From Chrysomallon squamiferum (lineage: Eukaryota; Animalia; Mollusca): 64,000 nucleotides of DNA. The stretch is taken from positions 27,218,001 to 27,282,000 of the forward strand of contig CM022665.1 in assembly GCA_012295275.1 (NCBI GenBank), given 5' to 3'. How positions within the stretch are numbered: position 1 is the first letter of the stretch; each line of letters opens with the position of its first letter. Positions 29,940 through 41,114 of this stretch are shown here, one piece after another. The translations under genes were made by a program, and so were the position numbers. Below the pieces are notes generated by a model. The model was not told the DNA's origin. It ran no database searches and worked only from the letters and a program-made list of their open reading frames with translations.

Positions 29940-32900
29940 TCTAATGACTAAGGCTTTCTGCATCAGTCAGTTTATAGGACAATCAAATGTTCTTGCTTGC
30001 GGCTTCTGCTCTTCAAGTTCTATAATGTGAAGATTATTCATGCATGAAGATATCTATCTGTATATCGAAAATTACAATCACCATTCAATATGCCTGGTAT
30101 AAAATTCTCAATTATTCACAGCAGCAAATGCCAAGCTGTTGTTGATGTCAAACACAAGAAAGAACATTAATTCGGTTATTGATACTTCAAAAGAATACTA
30201 AACTTTTCATTATTGTACAGACATAATGGTTTCTTTTCCATTCGAGATTATGTTTACAACCATTTCATTTTTGGTCTGATATTTCACGAAATATTCTGTT
30301 GTCCATAACTGACCTCTAAATAATAGTAACAGCTAAGCTGAAGTTTTGCTCTGATTAGCTTCAGTGGAATGAAGCTCAGTGATAGAGTATACAGTTAGCC
30401 ATGACCAGTTACTGAATCACTCCCACTAGTGGTTGCTTGAAGTCATATCATCTTTCTGTGTTTCAGTCAGTATCTGAGGCCATGATGTATAGATTTTCTT
30501 TTCATAACTAACAATCTTTTTAAACATATTTTTATATCTATAGTTATGTGATGTCATAGATATGGTTAAGAACCATACAGATAATGAAAGTGAAACCCTG
30601 ATGCTGCCAATCACTGGGCTATTTTTTTATTATTGATAAGCATGCAAGGGATCTTTTCCATTCAACTACCTACAGAATGGAATGCACATGTCATGAGCCC
30701 AAAGATACACCAAGGAAAAGTAAATAAAAAATCATCAAATTATAAACCTTTTTTTTTTTCTTTTCTTTTTTTTTAAATAAATTCATGGGATTCATGATAT
30801 GATAACATTTGCTATCATTAGTAAATGCAATGGTCGGGTTTGTGTAAAAAGTATTAAATATTATAAAGAAGTAATTCTTGTCTAATAAAGGGGATATGGA
30901 ATAGCATAAATCCAAACTTTTAATTATTCTGATATTCATTAAATAATTAACTAGTAATATCAGTAAGTAGTAATGGTAGTAGCTAGATAATATGACATTC
31001 TGATAATCATGGTATCAATGTTGACTCATCAGTTGTTGTTTTTTTCTCTGTCTGTTGGTAGCACATAGAAAAAACAAAATAAAATAAAATAAATAAAAAT
31101 TTGGATGGAACAGGTCAGTTTCATTTGTTGATATCTGTAGTTTGGAATTAAATGGAACATACTTAAAGGGAAATAAACCTACAAGACTGCAAAGACGTCA
31201 CATTAAATGAACACCCAATCTTAATTCTTTTGATACCGTTATCTTGTTGATAAACTCTCTGTGGAACATGTAATTTGTTCACAGATAACGCCTGTTAAAA
31301 TCTCTGTTTAGAACGTCTGATGGCGGTCTCCTTATACACTTTAAAAATCATCACTTCTAAAAGTATTATAAATACTGACACTAGATAAATGCAGATTACT
31401 CATAATACATTTTGTTTATTTATTTACTGAAATAGCTGTTATGCAACATTATTTATTTATTTAAAAATAATTTGGTTTCTGTTAGGACAATTTTCGCATT
31501 GTATATCTGTCTGTTGTTTTCATCATAATTTGATAGTTCTGACCTAGATTTGTTTACTGAGTTTTTATTATTATTATTAAAGAAAGTTTTGTCTTTATTA
31601 CAAATACATTTTTTTTTTTTTTTTTTCATACTTTACCTTAAAAATATTTTTAAATGTTTTTGTTTTGGGGTTTTGTGTAAATACAAAATTATATAAATAT
31701 GAATATCCAGGTTATAAATATAATACAGTTTGATTATCTTTGTTAACAGATCTTAAAATTTAATAATCTATATGGTTTATTAAAAAGAAAAGAAAATCAC
31801 AAAATAATATCTGGTACAAAAGCCACTTTGCAAAGTATTGATAATATATTCATATTGTCAACCAGTAATAATAACAACAACAATAACAGTAAAAATGATG
31901 AGGATAATAAATACTACTACTACTACTACTACGACTACTGATAATAAAATGATTTGAATACAGGATATCTCTGAAGTGGTTAGAAAAAAAAAAAAGTAAT
32001 TTGGCCTTATCTTACAAAATGACATAAATAGTCAACACGTTGACATAAAATGTTTGACTGTATTTGCTTAATCAATACCACTAGCCTGACCACACAGGAT
32101 GGCTAATAGCAAAATACTTTTATCTCCAATATCCAGAAGGAAATAAAAAAATAATAACCTGACCTTTACAACTTTAATACATCATTTTATAGCATGCACA
32201 TAAAAATGTATAGATTTTCCATTATTATTTAGTAAAATGAAGGTATATATTGCAAAAAATCATTATTTGTATTTGTATTGTTTTATTTTATTTTAAAGTG
32301 ACGGTGATGGTGTAACATTTATTGTTAGTTTTTTTTTTATGTTGTCATTTATGTTTTCAATACATGTACATTGAAAAAGAAGGTGTATTTTATGTAACCT
32401 CACTTATACTTTTAATCTAATGTAACATAAAGTGTTAATGATTGTGGAAACCATTATAGCTGTGCATAAGTCTATTGCATTTTCAATTTATAACAAGAAA
32501 ATGTAACATTTATCATCAATACTATTACATATAAATATATGAGCAGCATTATTGCACATACAACTAAGGATACTAAATAAACTGCTATATTAGTGTGTAG
32601 TATAACTGCAAATACTGTTAAGTATACTACATGCTACACACAAACCTTTATATTATTAAGGTGTTAATATTATTATTACAGCACATATTATTAAGTATAC
32701 TAAATACTGCACATACACATTTATATTAATGTAGTATCATTGCACATATTACTCTCTTTAAATACTGCTTATAAATCTTTATATTAATACAGTATCACTT
32801 ATACATACCACTTTTGTACATAAAGATTTGTATTAGTATGGTATCATTGCACATACTAGTTACTACAGTATTTTAACATATTGCATATAAAGTTTTATAT

Positions 32901-35900
32901 TAGCATATTTTCACTGTATATACTATTTCATATAGTATTACAAAATAAACCTTTACACTGTCATAAAACGTACTTATTATCAGCTATTACTGCAGTAATA
33001 TGATGTTGCTATGTACCTGGTTACACTAATTAAAGAAAGGAAAGAAGTGGCTACATCCATGGTATAAGCTTAGCCTGGATGTGTTTTCACAGGAATGTGG
33101 GGTGAGGGATGTTTGTTCTAACAGCAGAGTGTTAATAGGAAACAAGCAGAACCAGGCAAGTTCTCAATGAGCTGAAGATTAGCAGACACATTCTACACTG
33201 ATAAAACCAGAGACTTGCTGCCCTGTCTTGTTACAACGGCTCCATGCTGATTTTAACACATTCATTTTTTATGATTTTTTTTCTCTCTTTCTTTTTTTAG
33301 TCATTGCTGTTATTCCTATTTATTTATCAATTATTTTTTTTAAGGATGTTTGTTGTGTATTAATGTTGATAATATCATCATTATCTATTATTATTATTAT
33401 GTTGTTGTTCTTTACATGCTTACACTTTAAATACTTGTAAATAATTTTCTTTGAGGATACATACTATAAATAGAGTAAGCGATATAACATTCACAAATTT
33501 CCTGTTTGAATATACACTGAACAAAAAAATTAAGGATCATAAAATATTTTCTCATAGGTGTTTTGATACACACATTTTATAATATGTTTGAATTATCAAG
33601 TGCATAATAGATTGAACTATTGATATATACCTCCTTTACTGTTCAGAAACAAAGTTTATTTGTTCAAAATTAACACCAGTGACCTTAACAGTAAAGATAT
33701 TATTTTCTATACCTAAGGCCATAGTTTAACCTAGTAAATTAAGACACAGAGTAATGTTTTTATTGTCCAATATATTAACCAATATGTCAAAATGTCACCC
33801 ATAATGTTGCATTCTTTTAGAAAAAGAAATAATGAGATACATGTAAATGATCATAATTATGTTGTTAGAATTTTTTTTCTTTTTTCACTGCATAATATAA
33901 AAGAATGTTTGTTTAAAACAGAAATCAATATATTTTATAAGAAACAATTAAATTTTCATAACAATTATTAGAAAAATAAAAAATAATAATAAATAAATAA
34001 ATAAAAATAAAAATAAAAACATTATAATAATAATAAAATTACATATACATATATCACAAACATTGAACTAAATACAATATATGAAATAAAATATCTTAAA
34101 CATAACAACACTCAAATCTCCAAATAGGTCTAACCATGCTGATATTTTGTATCTGATGCAATATGAAATGTATAATTATTTACAAAGGTTTCATCTTGCT
34201 TCAGTGCTCAACTCTTATACCAAAATAAACATAGACCTAATTCGGTGTATTGATTAGAACAGTCTGTTACAGTTGTTACTTACTCAAACCACTGAAAAAT
34301 ACAGCTTCATGAGCTGTGTCAATAAACTAACACCTGTCAACGTAGTCCACCTTTACCAAACTGTACATAAACTGTATATTTTTTATCACATATTATAATA
34401 ACATAAGTAATAATTAGAGATATCACAAAGACATTAATCTGCTAAGTTTATTTTTATGTCATAAATTTATCACTACTTTATTAAACAATATTCCAATATT
34501 ATATATGTTTATTGTAGAATAGACATATTGAATATAATTATTGTCATCATTATTGTATTGATGTTTTAATACAAGCAAACCTTAGGCTAATACATTTCAT
34601 GTCTATTTTTATGTATCAGTTTATCTAGTTGTAATCTCATGTATAAAATATTTGTTTATATTGTCTGGAATAAAATAGAATGTAAAATAAAGCCTGTCTC
34701 CATTCAGCCCTGCACAACATCACCACACCCTGTATTTTTTTTATTTCATGTTATAATTATATTACAGTTATAAAATCTAATTTTAGTTTTTGGAAATAAG
34801 ATATATATCATTGAACTATTTGTATTTGCTTTATTATTTTAATATACCACTATACAAAATGTCATCCATAAAAGATCCTTTTCCAGACTATGATTTTTCA
34901 TGTATAATTAATACATCACTGGTACATTATGTAAATGATATATCAGTTTCTACATAATTGGTAATTTTATTCAGATCGGTGAAATGTGATCATGTCAGAA
35001 GACAGTGATGATGATTTACTGATGTGTCCAATCACATGGAATGTCTGGAGGCAATAACGTTGCTTTTTGTTTTGTTTTTTACCCTTTATACTGCAGTTAA
35101 GTAGTCATCATTCTGTTAACACTTTTACTGTAATTAGTTGCTATAGTAATGAGAATCTCTATCTACTGTGCCAAAACAAAAACTGAGGCATTTCACCTAA
35201 TGTGCCAGTACCAGTATACTGCTAACACTACAGTATGGTAATTACAACTTGATTTGTTAATTCTGAAATTTAAAGAATTAAAACTTTTTTTATATTAATT
35301 TATTTTATAAGAATTCACATTCACTGATACCCACACAATTTAAAAAAACAAAAATGAAAGTATAAACATTCATTTCTTTACAGTATATATTGTCAGTGCA
35401 TGTGAAATAAATGATACAGTAAGTTGAAAAATATTTATATGGTGTTAATGTATAACATTGTCTTTCCAGCTATTTCATAATCTGTCATTTCTCATATAAA
35501 TTCTTAAATGATAATAGTCTAACTCTAAAGCTGAACAAATAGAATATAACTATATAATTTATATTATTCAAATACAATTTTTTACTTGCTTCTTATCCAT
35601 TCTATGTTTCATTTCAGACTGTATATATATATAAATAAATCGTAGCTAATTCAAATGTAAACATGTTTCTTTAAATTAAATATATTTTTATGTGTGACTC
35701 CATTTGTAACTTCTATAGAGTTTAATACTATTAGTACTTTGAGGTCATGAAGGCATTAACATAATGCAGCAGCATTCAGTTCATTATTGTGATGCTACAT
35801 TACTGAGTAAATTGTTGATTATTTGTCATAAATCTATAGTCACAGAGCTCCCACCTTGAGAACATACAGAACATAAAATACAGTCAGATTGTGACTGGCT

Positions 35901-38888
35901 TATGTTACATCTGATTTAGTTTCTCTAAATATTCATGGGATTCTTCACCAAAGAAAAGATGACATATTTTATAATGGAGAATTAAATACCAAGTTCTATT
36001 ATATAATAGTAATGACAGAAGTGGTGAAATGTACTAGAAAGTGCAGATTCCCTAATACATAATTGTATGCATCATTAGGTTGAATGTAGAGCACTTGGTT
36101 TTTATTATTTGGGTATTGATTGTCAGCAGAGTTGGACAAGTAATATAGTAGACAGATTGTAAAATGTGCAGCATTATGTATGCTGAATGGATCTAAATAT
36201 TAGAACCCTATCCATTGTGCTGTTCCACTGTTTTGGTAACATTATACCATACATATGTAAATATTTGAACATTATGTAATTTAATGGTTTGCCGAAATAC
36301 ACTTAAAGCTGATAGCCTATAAAAAGACAAGGGATGTACTGATATACATAACACATTTAATGTACATATTATATTTATTGTAAACAAAACTAAATTAGGA
36401 AGACATGTATAATATAACAGTTAAACATGAATCAGTCAAGCAACATGATATTTGGTGAATATATCTTCTATATGTCTAAAATTAGTCAATAACAAGTCAA
36501 TCTGCCTAGTCATTATACAAGGATGAAATCTTGAATTATTTCACAATCAGCTACATTCATCTAGTTCCAACATGTATACATTTAATTAAAATCTGTCTTT
36601 AAAATAAAATTACCATAAATAAATATTTCTTCATGAATTTATATTCATACACTTATGAAGTTAATAACAAGACAAAAATAAATTTGACTCAAGTCATTCT
36701 ACTTCAGAGATTTGCCCCAAGGCTTATCCTACCTGTTTGATTGATATTGGAAATATTAAGCTACTGTAAACAGCCCAGGGGAAAGTTATTATACAAAGTC
36801 ATTCATTACAAGGTGTACATGTGTGGCTGATTTTACTCAAGGTGAAATGCTCTACTTGAAAGAAAAATAAATTCAATATTTTGTAGTACTTAATAGCTGT
36901 TTTATTTATAACAGAAGAAAACGCAAAAAACATGCCAACATATGTGTGTGTTTATTATTACTGATAATAAGAATGAAATGTTTTGTTTTTCTATGAAAAA
37001 ACCAAAACAGAATATATAAATAAGTAAACAACAAAATAATATGACAGTATAGAATTTAAACCTGTTTATTCTTGGGATATATATACTTTGTATGTGTATA
37101 TTTAAAAACACTTGTACAGATTTTGTTCTAAAATGAAAATGAATAATATACATTTTGAAATAATATTTATATTAATTAGTGTCCAGATTTAGATAAAGAA
37201 CCCAAATTAAAATATTATAAAGCTCAAATTGTAATTAAAAAAAAAAAAAAAACTAAACTCTTCTCATGTTAGTGAGATTACATGAATGGCAGCTTACACT
37301 GGTGTGTTTTATTGAACGAGGTGGTCATTACGTTAAACTGTAATTAATACAATAGTTTTACAACTGACTGCACAATTATTGTATAATAACTTTCACAGCC
37401 TTAGATACATTGTAGTTCTATTTATATATGCATAGTTTTTTCACAACAAACACACATACACACACAGGGAGGGATATGTCATTTTCAAAATTCTGATTAA
37501 TGACATTATTAAAATTTAATACTGGTCAAACATATATACAAATTAAACTTATGTCATATGTTTTAGAATAGTGTAGAATATCTGATATGTGCCTGGATTT
37601 TTGCACTACAATACATTCTGAAATTTTGCAGCTATATATATATATATATATATTTTTACTTTATTTTAGCTTACAAGATTTTAATTCTATATGGTTTATC
37701 TAAATCTGGACACTAATTAATATAAATATTATCATTTCACAATGTATAGTTATTTACTAATTTTCATTTGTGATGAATAAATATGTACAGATTTACTTTT
37801 TATTGACAATTATTTTGGTTATTCTCTGAATACCTGTAACATAAATAAATCAGCATCTATAGGATATTGAAAAGACACTGAAATATTCAAATACTGGGAT
37901 TTCTATAATGGGTCAATTTGAAATAAACTTTTTTCTGGAGAAAATTTTGGTGTTTGTTTCATTTTTTAAAGTAAATATATTTATAAATAAACAAACCACA
38001 AACAAAACAAAAACAAAACATGTACCAGTGTAAGATGGTTTATACTGAATCATCAAACCTTGGCTCACAGCTAGTATTTGATAACATCCTAACTGTTTAT
38101 CATATATTCTCTCACTTGGACTCTAGTCAGACATTAATATAGTTTGATAAAAGTTTCAAAACATGCTCTTATTACTGAACCTTTTAGATTTAACTGCAAA
38201 TTGCTTAAATCTGTGGTATCTGACAGCAGTTATTATTATAATGTACTTGTACTGAAAATCTCTAAAGCTGATTCATTCATTAAGCAAAGCTATATACTTG
38301 TAAAACGATGCAGTTAACTGGGAAAATTACTCTGTAATATTTCACAGACTTACACCCAATCACCGAGACTATTTTATATACTAACCGATGGACGTTTCCA
38401 CTCAAATGGCCGTGGAGGTAAACGACTGAAGAAAATGGAGCCATCTTCTGCTTGGAACTCGGGGTCTTCAAACAGAAAGCCTTCTTCGAGACATTTTCTT
38501 TGATCTCATCATACCTCTGGTTAACAACACCGGAGAATGGGTTCTTTTTCTCCTTTCTAGTTGGTCTGCCAATCACATCTGGCTGGGTGGCCCGGGTGCA
38601 CCTTCTTCGGTATCCTCCTCCTCCTCCTCGACCACCGGTAAATCCTTCAAAACCGATACCTCCGGGTAGTCGGATTCCACCTTCACCAGCCCCGCCTCCG
38701 TAAGAGAACTGAGCAGTTTTTCCACCAAAAGCAGAACCGAAACCAATATCGATGTTACCCCCTCCGAAAGCCAGACTTGGTCCACCATCGGTGCCACCGA
38801 AAGTGTAAGTTTTTGTTTCGGACCTCGGGGGCCCCGTTCCATCCGAAATATACGAGGTGACGGTTCTTGTGCCTGATGTGCTCCACAT
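132..38888 (-). CDS. Classical calpain (calpain-B/A-like Ca2+-dependent cysteine protease), multi-exon, 3' end beyond the left edge of the window
   Basis: Manually spliced exons give QGELGDCW (catalytic Cys), GHAYS (His), RNPWG (Asn), EKAYAK, DDDGEFW, AGGCRNF, NPQF, PSTFEP and the EF-hand [13 protein letters not shown]. Intron phases are compatible at every junction. Confidence 0.97.
2205..2216 (-). CDS. Candidate 12-nt microexon (DGFL) in the EF1-EF2 loop
   Basis: tgtttgtttgccag|ATGGCTTTCTTG|gtaaga; symmetric phase 1-1; UGC next to the acceptor. Confidence 0.5.
3901..4036 (-). CDS. Calpain exon 12 (PEF domain, EF-hand 1)
   Basis: tttcag|[45 protein letters not shown]|gtaata; 136 nt, phase 0 to 1. 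Confidence 0.95.
6026..6040 (-). CDS. Candidate 15-nt microexon (VARRV)
   Basis: ttcatattgtacag|GTTGCCAGAAGGGTT|gtaagt; phase 0-0 with strong splice sites. Confidence 0.55.
6636..6747 (-). CDS. Candidate GC-rich cassette exon (...[20 protein letters not shown]); acceptor ambiguous (6747 or 6693)
   Basis: GC/CpG-rich island in an AT-rich intron; donor AAG|gtattt is in frame with the Ala/Pro/Val peptide; both AG acceptors are phase 2 for this frame. Confidence 0.45.
9024..9071 (-). CDS. Candidate 48-nt cassette exon ([16 protein letters not shown])
   Basis: atgtag|...|gtaagt; phase 0-0, open frame, GC-rich relative to the intron; UGCAUG 20 nt downstream (8999-9004). Confidence 0.5.
10359..10395 (-). 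CDS. Calpain exon 11 (CBSW-PEF linker)
   Basis: ttttcag|[12 protein letters not shown]|gtaagt; 37 nt, phase 2 to 0, which bridges exon 10 (phase 2) to exon 12 (phase 0). Confidence 0.85.
11670..11684 (-). CDS. Candidate 15-nt microexon (adds DEALR between exons 10 and 11)
   Basis: tttacacag|AGACGAAGCATTGCG|gtaaga; symmetric phase 2-2, no stop, CpG-containing within a CpG-poor intron. Confidence 0.5.
12389..12600 (-). CDS. Calpain exon 10 (CBSW C-terminal part)
   Basis: atttag|[14 protein letters not shown]...FINMREV...[34 protein letters not shown]|gtatgt; 212 nt, phase 0 to 2. Confidence 0.96.
12929..13092 (-). CDS. Calpain exon 9 (CBSW, acidic loop)
   Basis: ttatag|[33 protein letters not shown]...TIGYVIYK|gtttga; 164 nt, phase 1 to 0. 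Confidence 0.94.
14132..14301 (-). CDS. Calpain exon 8 (end of CysPc, start of CBSW domain)
   Basis: tttcag|[23 protein letters not shown]...[25 protein letters not shown]|gttagt; 170 nt, phase 2 to 1. Confidence 0.94.
15273..15350 (-). CDS. Calpain exon 7
   Basis: ttttag|[26 protein letters not shown]|gtacgt; 78 nt, phase 2 to 2. Confidence 0.95.
15614..15714 (-). CDS. Calpain exon 6 (catalytic Asn codon 15658-15660)
   Basis: ttaaag|[33 protein letters not shown]|gtaaga; 101 nt, phase 0 to 2. Confidence 0.95.
16233..16455. mobile_element. piggyBac-like MITE (223 bp) in calpain intron 5
   Basis: TTAA on both sides (16229-16232, 16456-16459); ends CCCTTTGAATCCTGAC and reverse complement CCCTTAGAACCTGAC; no coding capacity. 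Confidence 0.65.
18329..18409 (-). CDS. Calpain exon 5 (catalytic His codon 18356-18358)
   Basis: tttcag|[27 protein letters not shown]|gtaagc; 81 nt, phase 0 to 0. Confidence 0.95.
18904..19072 (-). CDS. Calpain exon 4
   Basis: tttcag|[23 protein letters not shown]...LMGCSID|gtaagt; 169 nt, phase 2 to 0. Confidence 0.96.
19419..19671 (-). CDS. Calpain exon 3 (catalytic Cys codon 19664-19666)
   Basis: ttctag|[16 protein letters not shown]...[12 protein letters not shown]...[13 protein letters not shown]|gtaata; 253 nt, phase 1 to 2. Confidence 0.97.
20339..20408 (-). CDS. Calpain exon 2
   Basis: ttttag|[24 protein letters not shown]|gtgaga; 70 nt, phase 0 to 1. Confidence 0.95.
28803..29024 (-). 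CDS. Calpain alternative first coding exon 1B (short N-terminus)
   Basis: ATG at 29024; 74 codons MSIFDMFKG...[30 protein letters not shown]; phase-0 donor GTAAGT at 28802, compatible with exon 2. Confidence 0.9.
29025..29430 (-). promoter_or_regulatory. Putative internal promoter/5'UTR of exon 1B
   Basis: Locally higher GC and CpG; TATA-like TATATA at 29277-29282; GGAATG (M-CAT) at 29412 flanked by CRE half-sites; E-boxes. Motif-level evidence only. Confidence 0.4.
30520..30710 (-). mobile_element. Degenerate tRNA-derived SINE body/tail (gastropod-type)
   Basis: Minus strand AAAAGATCCCTTGC..ATC..TAGCCCA.TG..TGGCAGCATCAGGGTTTC..ATCTGTATGGTTCTTAACCATAT; shares a block with the copy at 53144-53197. 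Family assignment is from memory, not a search. Confidence 0.55.
32520..32960. repeat. Degenerate minisatellite, unit roughly 55-60 bp
   Basis: Recurring AAATACTGC...TTTATATTA...GTATCATTGCACATA motif several times in tandem. Confidence 0.55.
37131..37769. repeat. Long inverted repeat: perfect 38-bp arms at 37160-37197 and 37695-37732, with imperfect outward extension
   Basis: ATAATATTTATATTAATTAGTGTCCAGATTTAGATAAA and its exact reverse complement about 500 bp apart. Confidence 0.9.
38386..38888 (-). CDS. Calpain alternative first coding exon 1A (Gly-rich N-terminus), with a 1-nt frameshift at ~38494-38501
   Basis: ATG at 38888. First frame MWSTSGTR...GGRGGGGGY...[15 protein letters not shown], then a shifted frame [36 protein letters not shown] ending at donor GTTAGT (38385). 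Length 503 nt, one short of 168 codons. Confidence 0.9.
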
Positions 38889-39172
38889 GTTTCCGCAAAG
38901 TGACTGTTCCTAATCCACAATTGAATTCAAAATTAAAAACGAAACTAAGCTATACCTCTATTCAGAACACTGACTTCTCGCTGCCAAATAATAACCTTGA
39001 ACGAGGAACCGGTAATAAAAGATTCGATGGACGAGTCCAACAGTGTGAAGTGATCAAGGGGTAGAAGATTAGTAGTCGTGTTACAATTTCAAGGGAAAGA
39101 AATCCATTTATGGTTGTTTCATTTAGTTACTTATTATCGCCCTTTAATTTTAAACGTCATTTAGCCTCGATT

Positions 39173-39232
<60 letters not shown>

Positions 39233-39260
39233 CATAATCATAATAATAATAATAATAATA
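39173..39260. repeat. (TAA)n microsatellite just upstream of exon 1A
   Basis: Direct reading; similar (TAA)n tracts at ~2512-2561, ~49444-49494 and ~63515-63556. Confidence 0.95.
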
Positions 39261-39762
39261 AATAAAATAATGTACAAAAGCGTCCAAGAAACAAAAATAT
39301 AACATTTCTGTTAAAATGAAAATACCAATAGTTCATAATGATAAAAAGCTTAAAATAAATAAATAAATAAATAAGAAATCGACAATTAAAAATTAAATTT
39401 AAAAGATGGCATAAATGTTAATTAATATTTTTATATCTATATAGAAATTTCAAAGAATATTCTAGAAAGCAGTCCTGACAATATTGTTTATAATTTCAAA
39501 GATATTGACTCAGGCTTAATATGCAAAAGTGATTCTGACATTAATTTGATCAAATATACTAAAAAAAAAAAAAAAAAAAAAAAAAAAAGTGTGACAGAGG
39601 ATAGTATGTATTAATTTACTGTACTTTATTTTATTTATTACTATATAAATATTTATAATTTTTATTTTTATTTTAATTTTATTTTAATTTATTATTGTTA
39701 TTATTAATATTTTTGAATGACACATATCTTTCTATAGCAACATAAACAAAACACTGCAAATA

Positions 39763-40334
39763 CAGTGGCACCTTGACTTACGAATTTAATTCTTTCCGTG
39801 GTCGAGCTCGTAACTCAATTAGCTGGTATATCAAATCAATTTTCCCAACTGAAATTAACTGAAATACCATTAATCCCTTCCATGCTCCCCCAAAACACCC
39901 CAATTTTTTGTAACGTGTTTTTAAATAAGATAAATGTGTTTATAAATGACAAATATTGTACAAAAAAAAACAAAATAAAAGAGAATGTAAAGAAATAAAT
40001 TGGTTTTGTACAGTGTATTTATTTATCTTGGAGATCAGACAACTTGGCCTAAATGAAAATGCTTAGGTACCATGGACAGAATTTTTTTAATTTTTTTTTT
40101 ATTTTTTTTTTTTAATTTAAAATAATGCACAAAACACGAACACAACACAACAGAGATGGTTCCACGGCGAGGTAACCATTTGAAGTAAACGAGCGAGATG
40201 CTGGGTGGATGTTGTGTTGTTCGTTGCGTCAACTAGCGGCGAGAATTACTAGCGAAGGTATATCTGAAGCTCGCTTGTAACTCGAAATTTGGCTTGCAAC
40301 TCAAAGCAAAAAATCGTAAGTCAAGGTATCACTG
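39763..40334. mobile_element. Tc1/mariner-pogo (Tigger-like) MITE, 572 bp
   Basis: TA target-site duplication; 21-bp TIRs CAGTGGCACCTTGACTTACGA and reverse complement CAGTGATACCTTGACTTACGA (2 mismatches); subterminal GTAACTC-like repeats; no transposase ORF. Confidence 0.88.
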
Positions 40335-41049
40335 TATTTTAATATAAACTATTTTAGATATAGTAATTATCTCTGTGTGCCTGCTGTGTGCATGCTGATT
40401 TCGCTGTTGTAGGAGGTACTGTGTATCCGTTCGATCGGAAAACTTTTAGGATATATGCTAAATCACAACTGACTTAAATAAGCCTAAAGGAAAACTGACA
40501 AGGCTGAACCTGCGACATATCATTATTATATCTTTGTGAAAGAAATAATAATTCCTCAGTATGAACAACCGTTTCTTAAAGAGAAAAACATACATATTCA
40601 TATAAATAAAGAGAGGGGAGGGAAAGGGGCTTAAACCGCAAAACCTTAAAGTATTTGGTCAACTAGAGTTACCTCCCATACAACATAACATTTAATTTGC
40701 AAATGGACCAGTAACATTCATTAAATGATTTTAAAATATTGTTTTCATTTGCATTATACTAATTAAAATATTAGTGATCACACCACTGTTACAGTAATTT
40801 GAAAAAAAGAGAAGAGGGTAAAATGTCAGATAATCGATCAATTAGATATGTAATGCAATATATACAGTTTCTAGATGAAACATTCTGAATGAAAATACAT
40901 TTTAAATACTTCATTGTTAAACGCTCTAAAATAATCTTGATGCAGATGGATGCAGATAAAAGTATAAACATTAATTTTTTTTTAAATATAAATTAAGCTC
41001 TGTTTTCTACTTATGGATCTGTAGATGCATTTGTACATATTACACGTCG

Positions 41050-41052
<3 letters not shown>

Positions 41053-41112
<60 letters not shown>
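41053..41112. repeat. (TG)n microsatellite
   Basis: Direct reading; other (TG/CA)n tracts at ~6513-6568, ~50119-50150, ~54877-54916 and ~58741-58783. Confidence 0.95.

Positions 41113-41114
<2 letters not shown>

Noticed and set aside
32520-32960. CRISPR-like repeat array or other prokaryotic system
   Set aside because: Degenerate tandem units without unique spacers or cas genes, inside a spliceosomal intron of an animal gene.
33513-33540. Tc1-like terminus TACACTGAACAAAAAAATTAAGGATCA
   Set aside because: No matching inverted partner end found.
38280-38493. C-terminal part of the 202-aa ORF ([10 protein letters not shown]...) and overlapping ORFs 38452-38703 and 38573-38920
   Set aside because: Out-of-frame or antisense readings of the GC-rich exon 1A; the calpain homology lies in the shifted frame.
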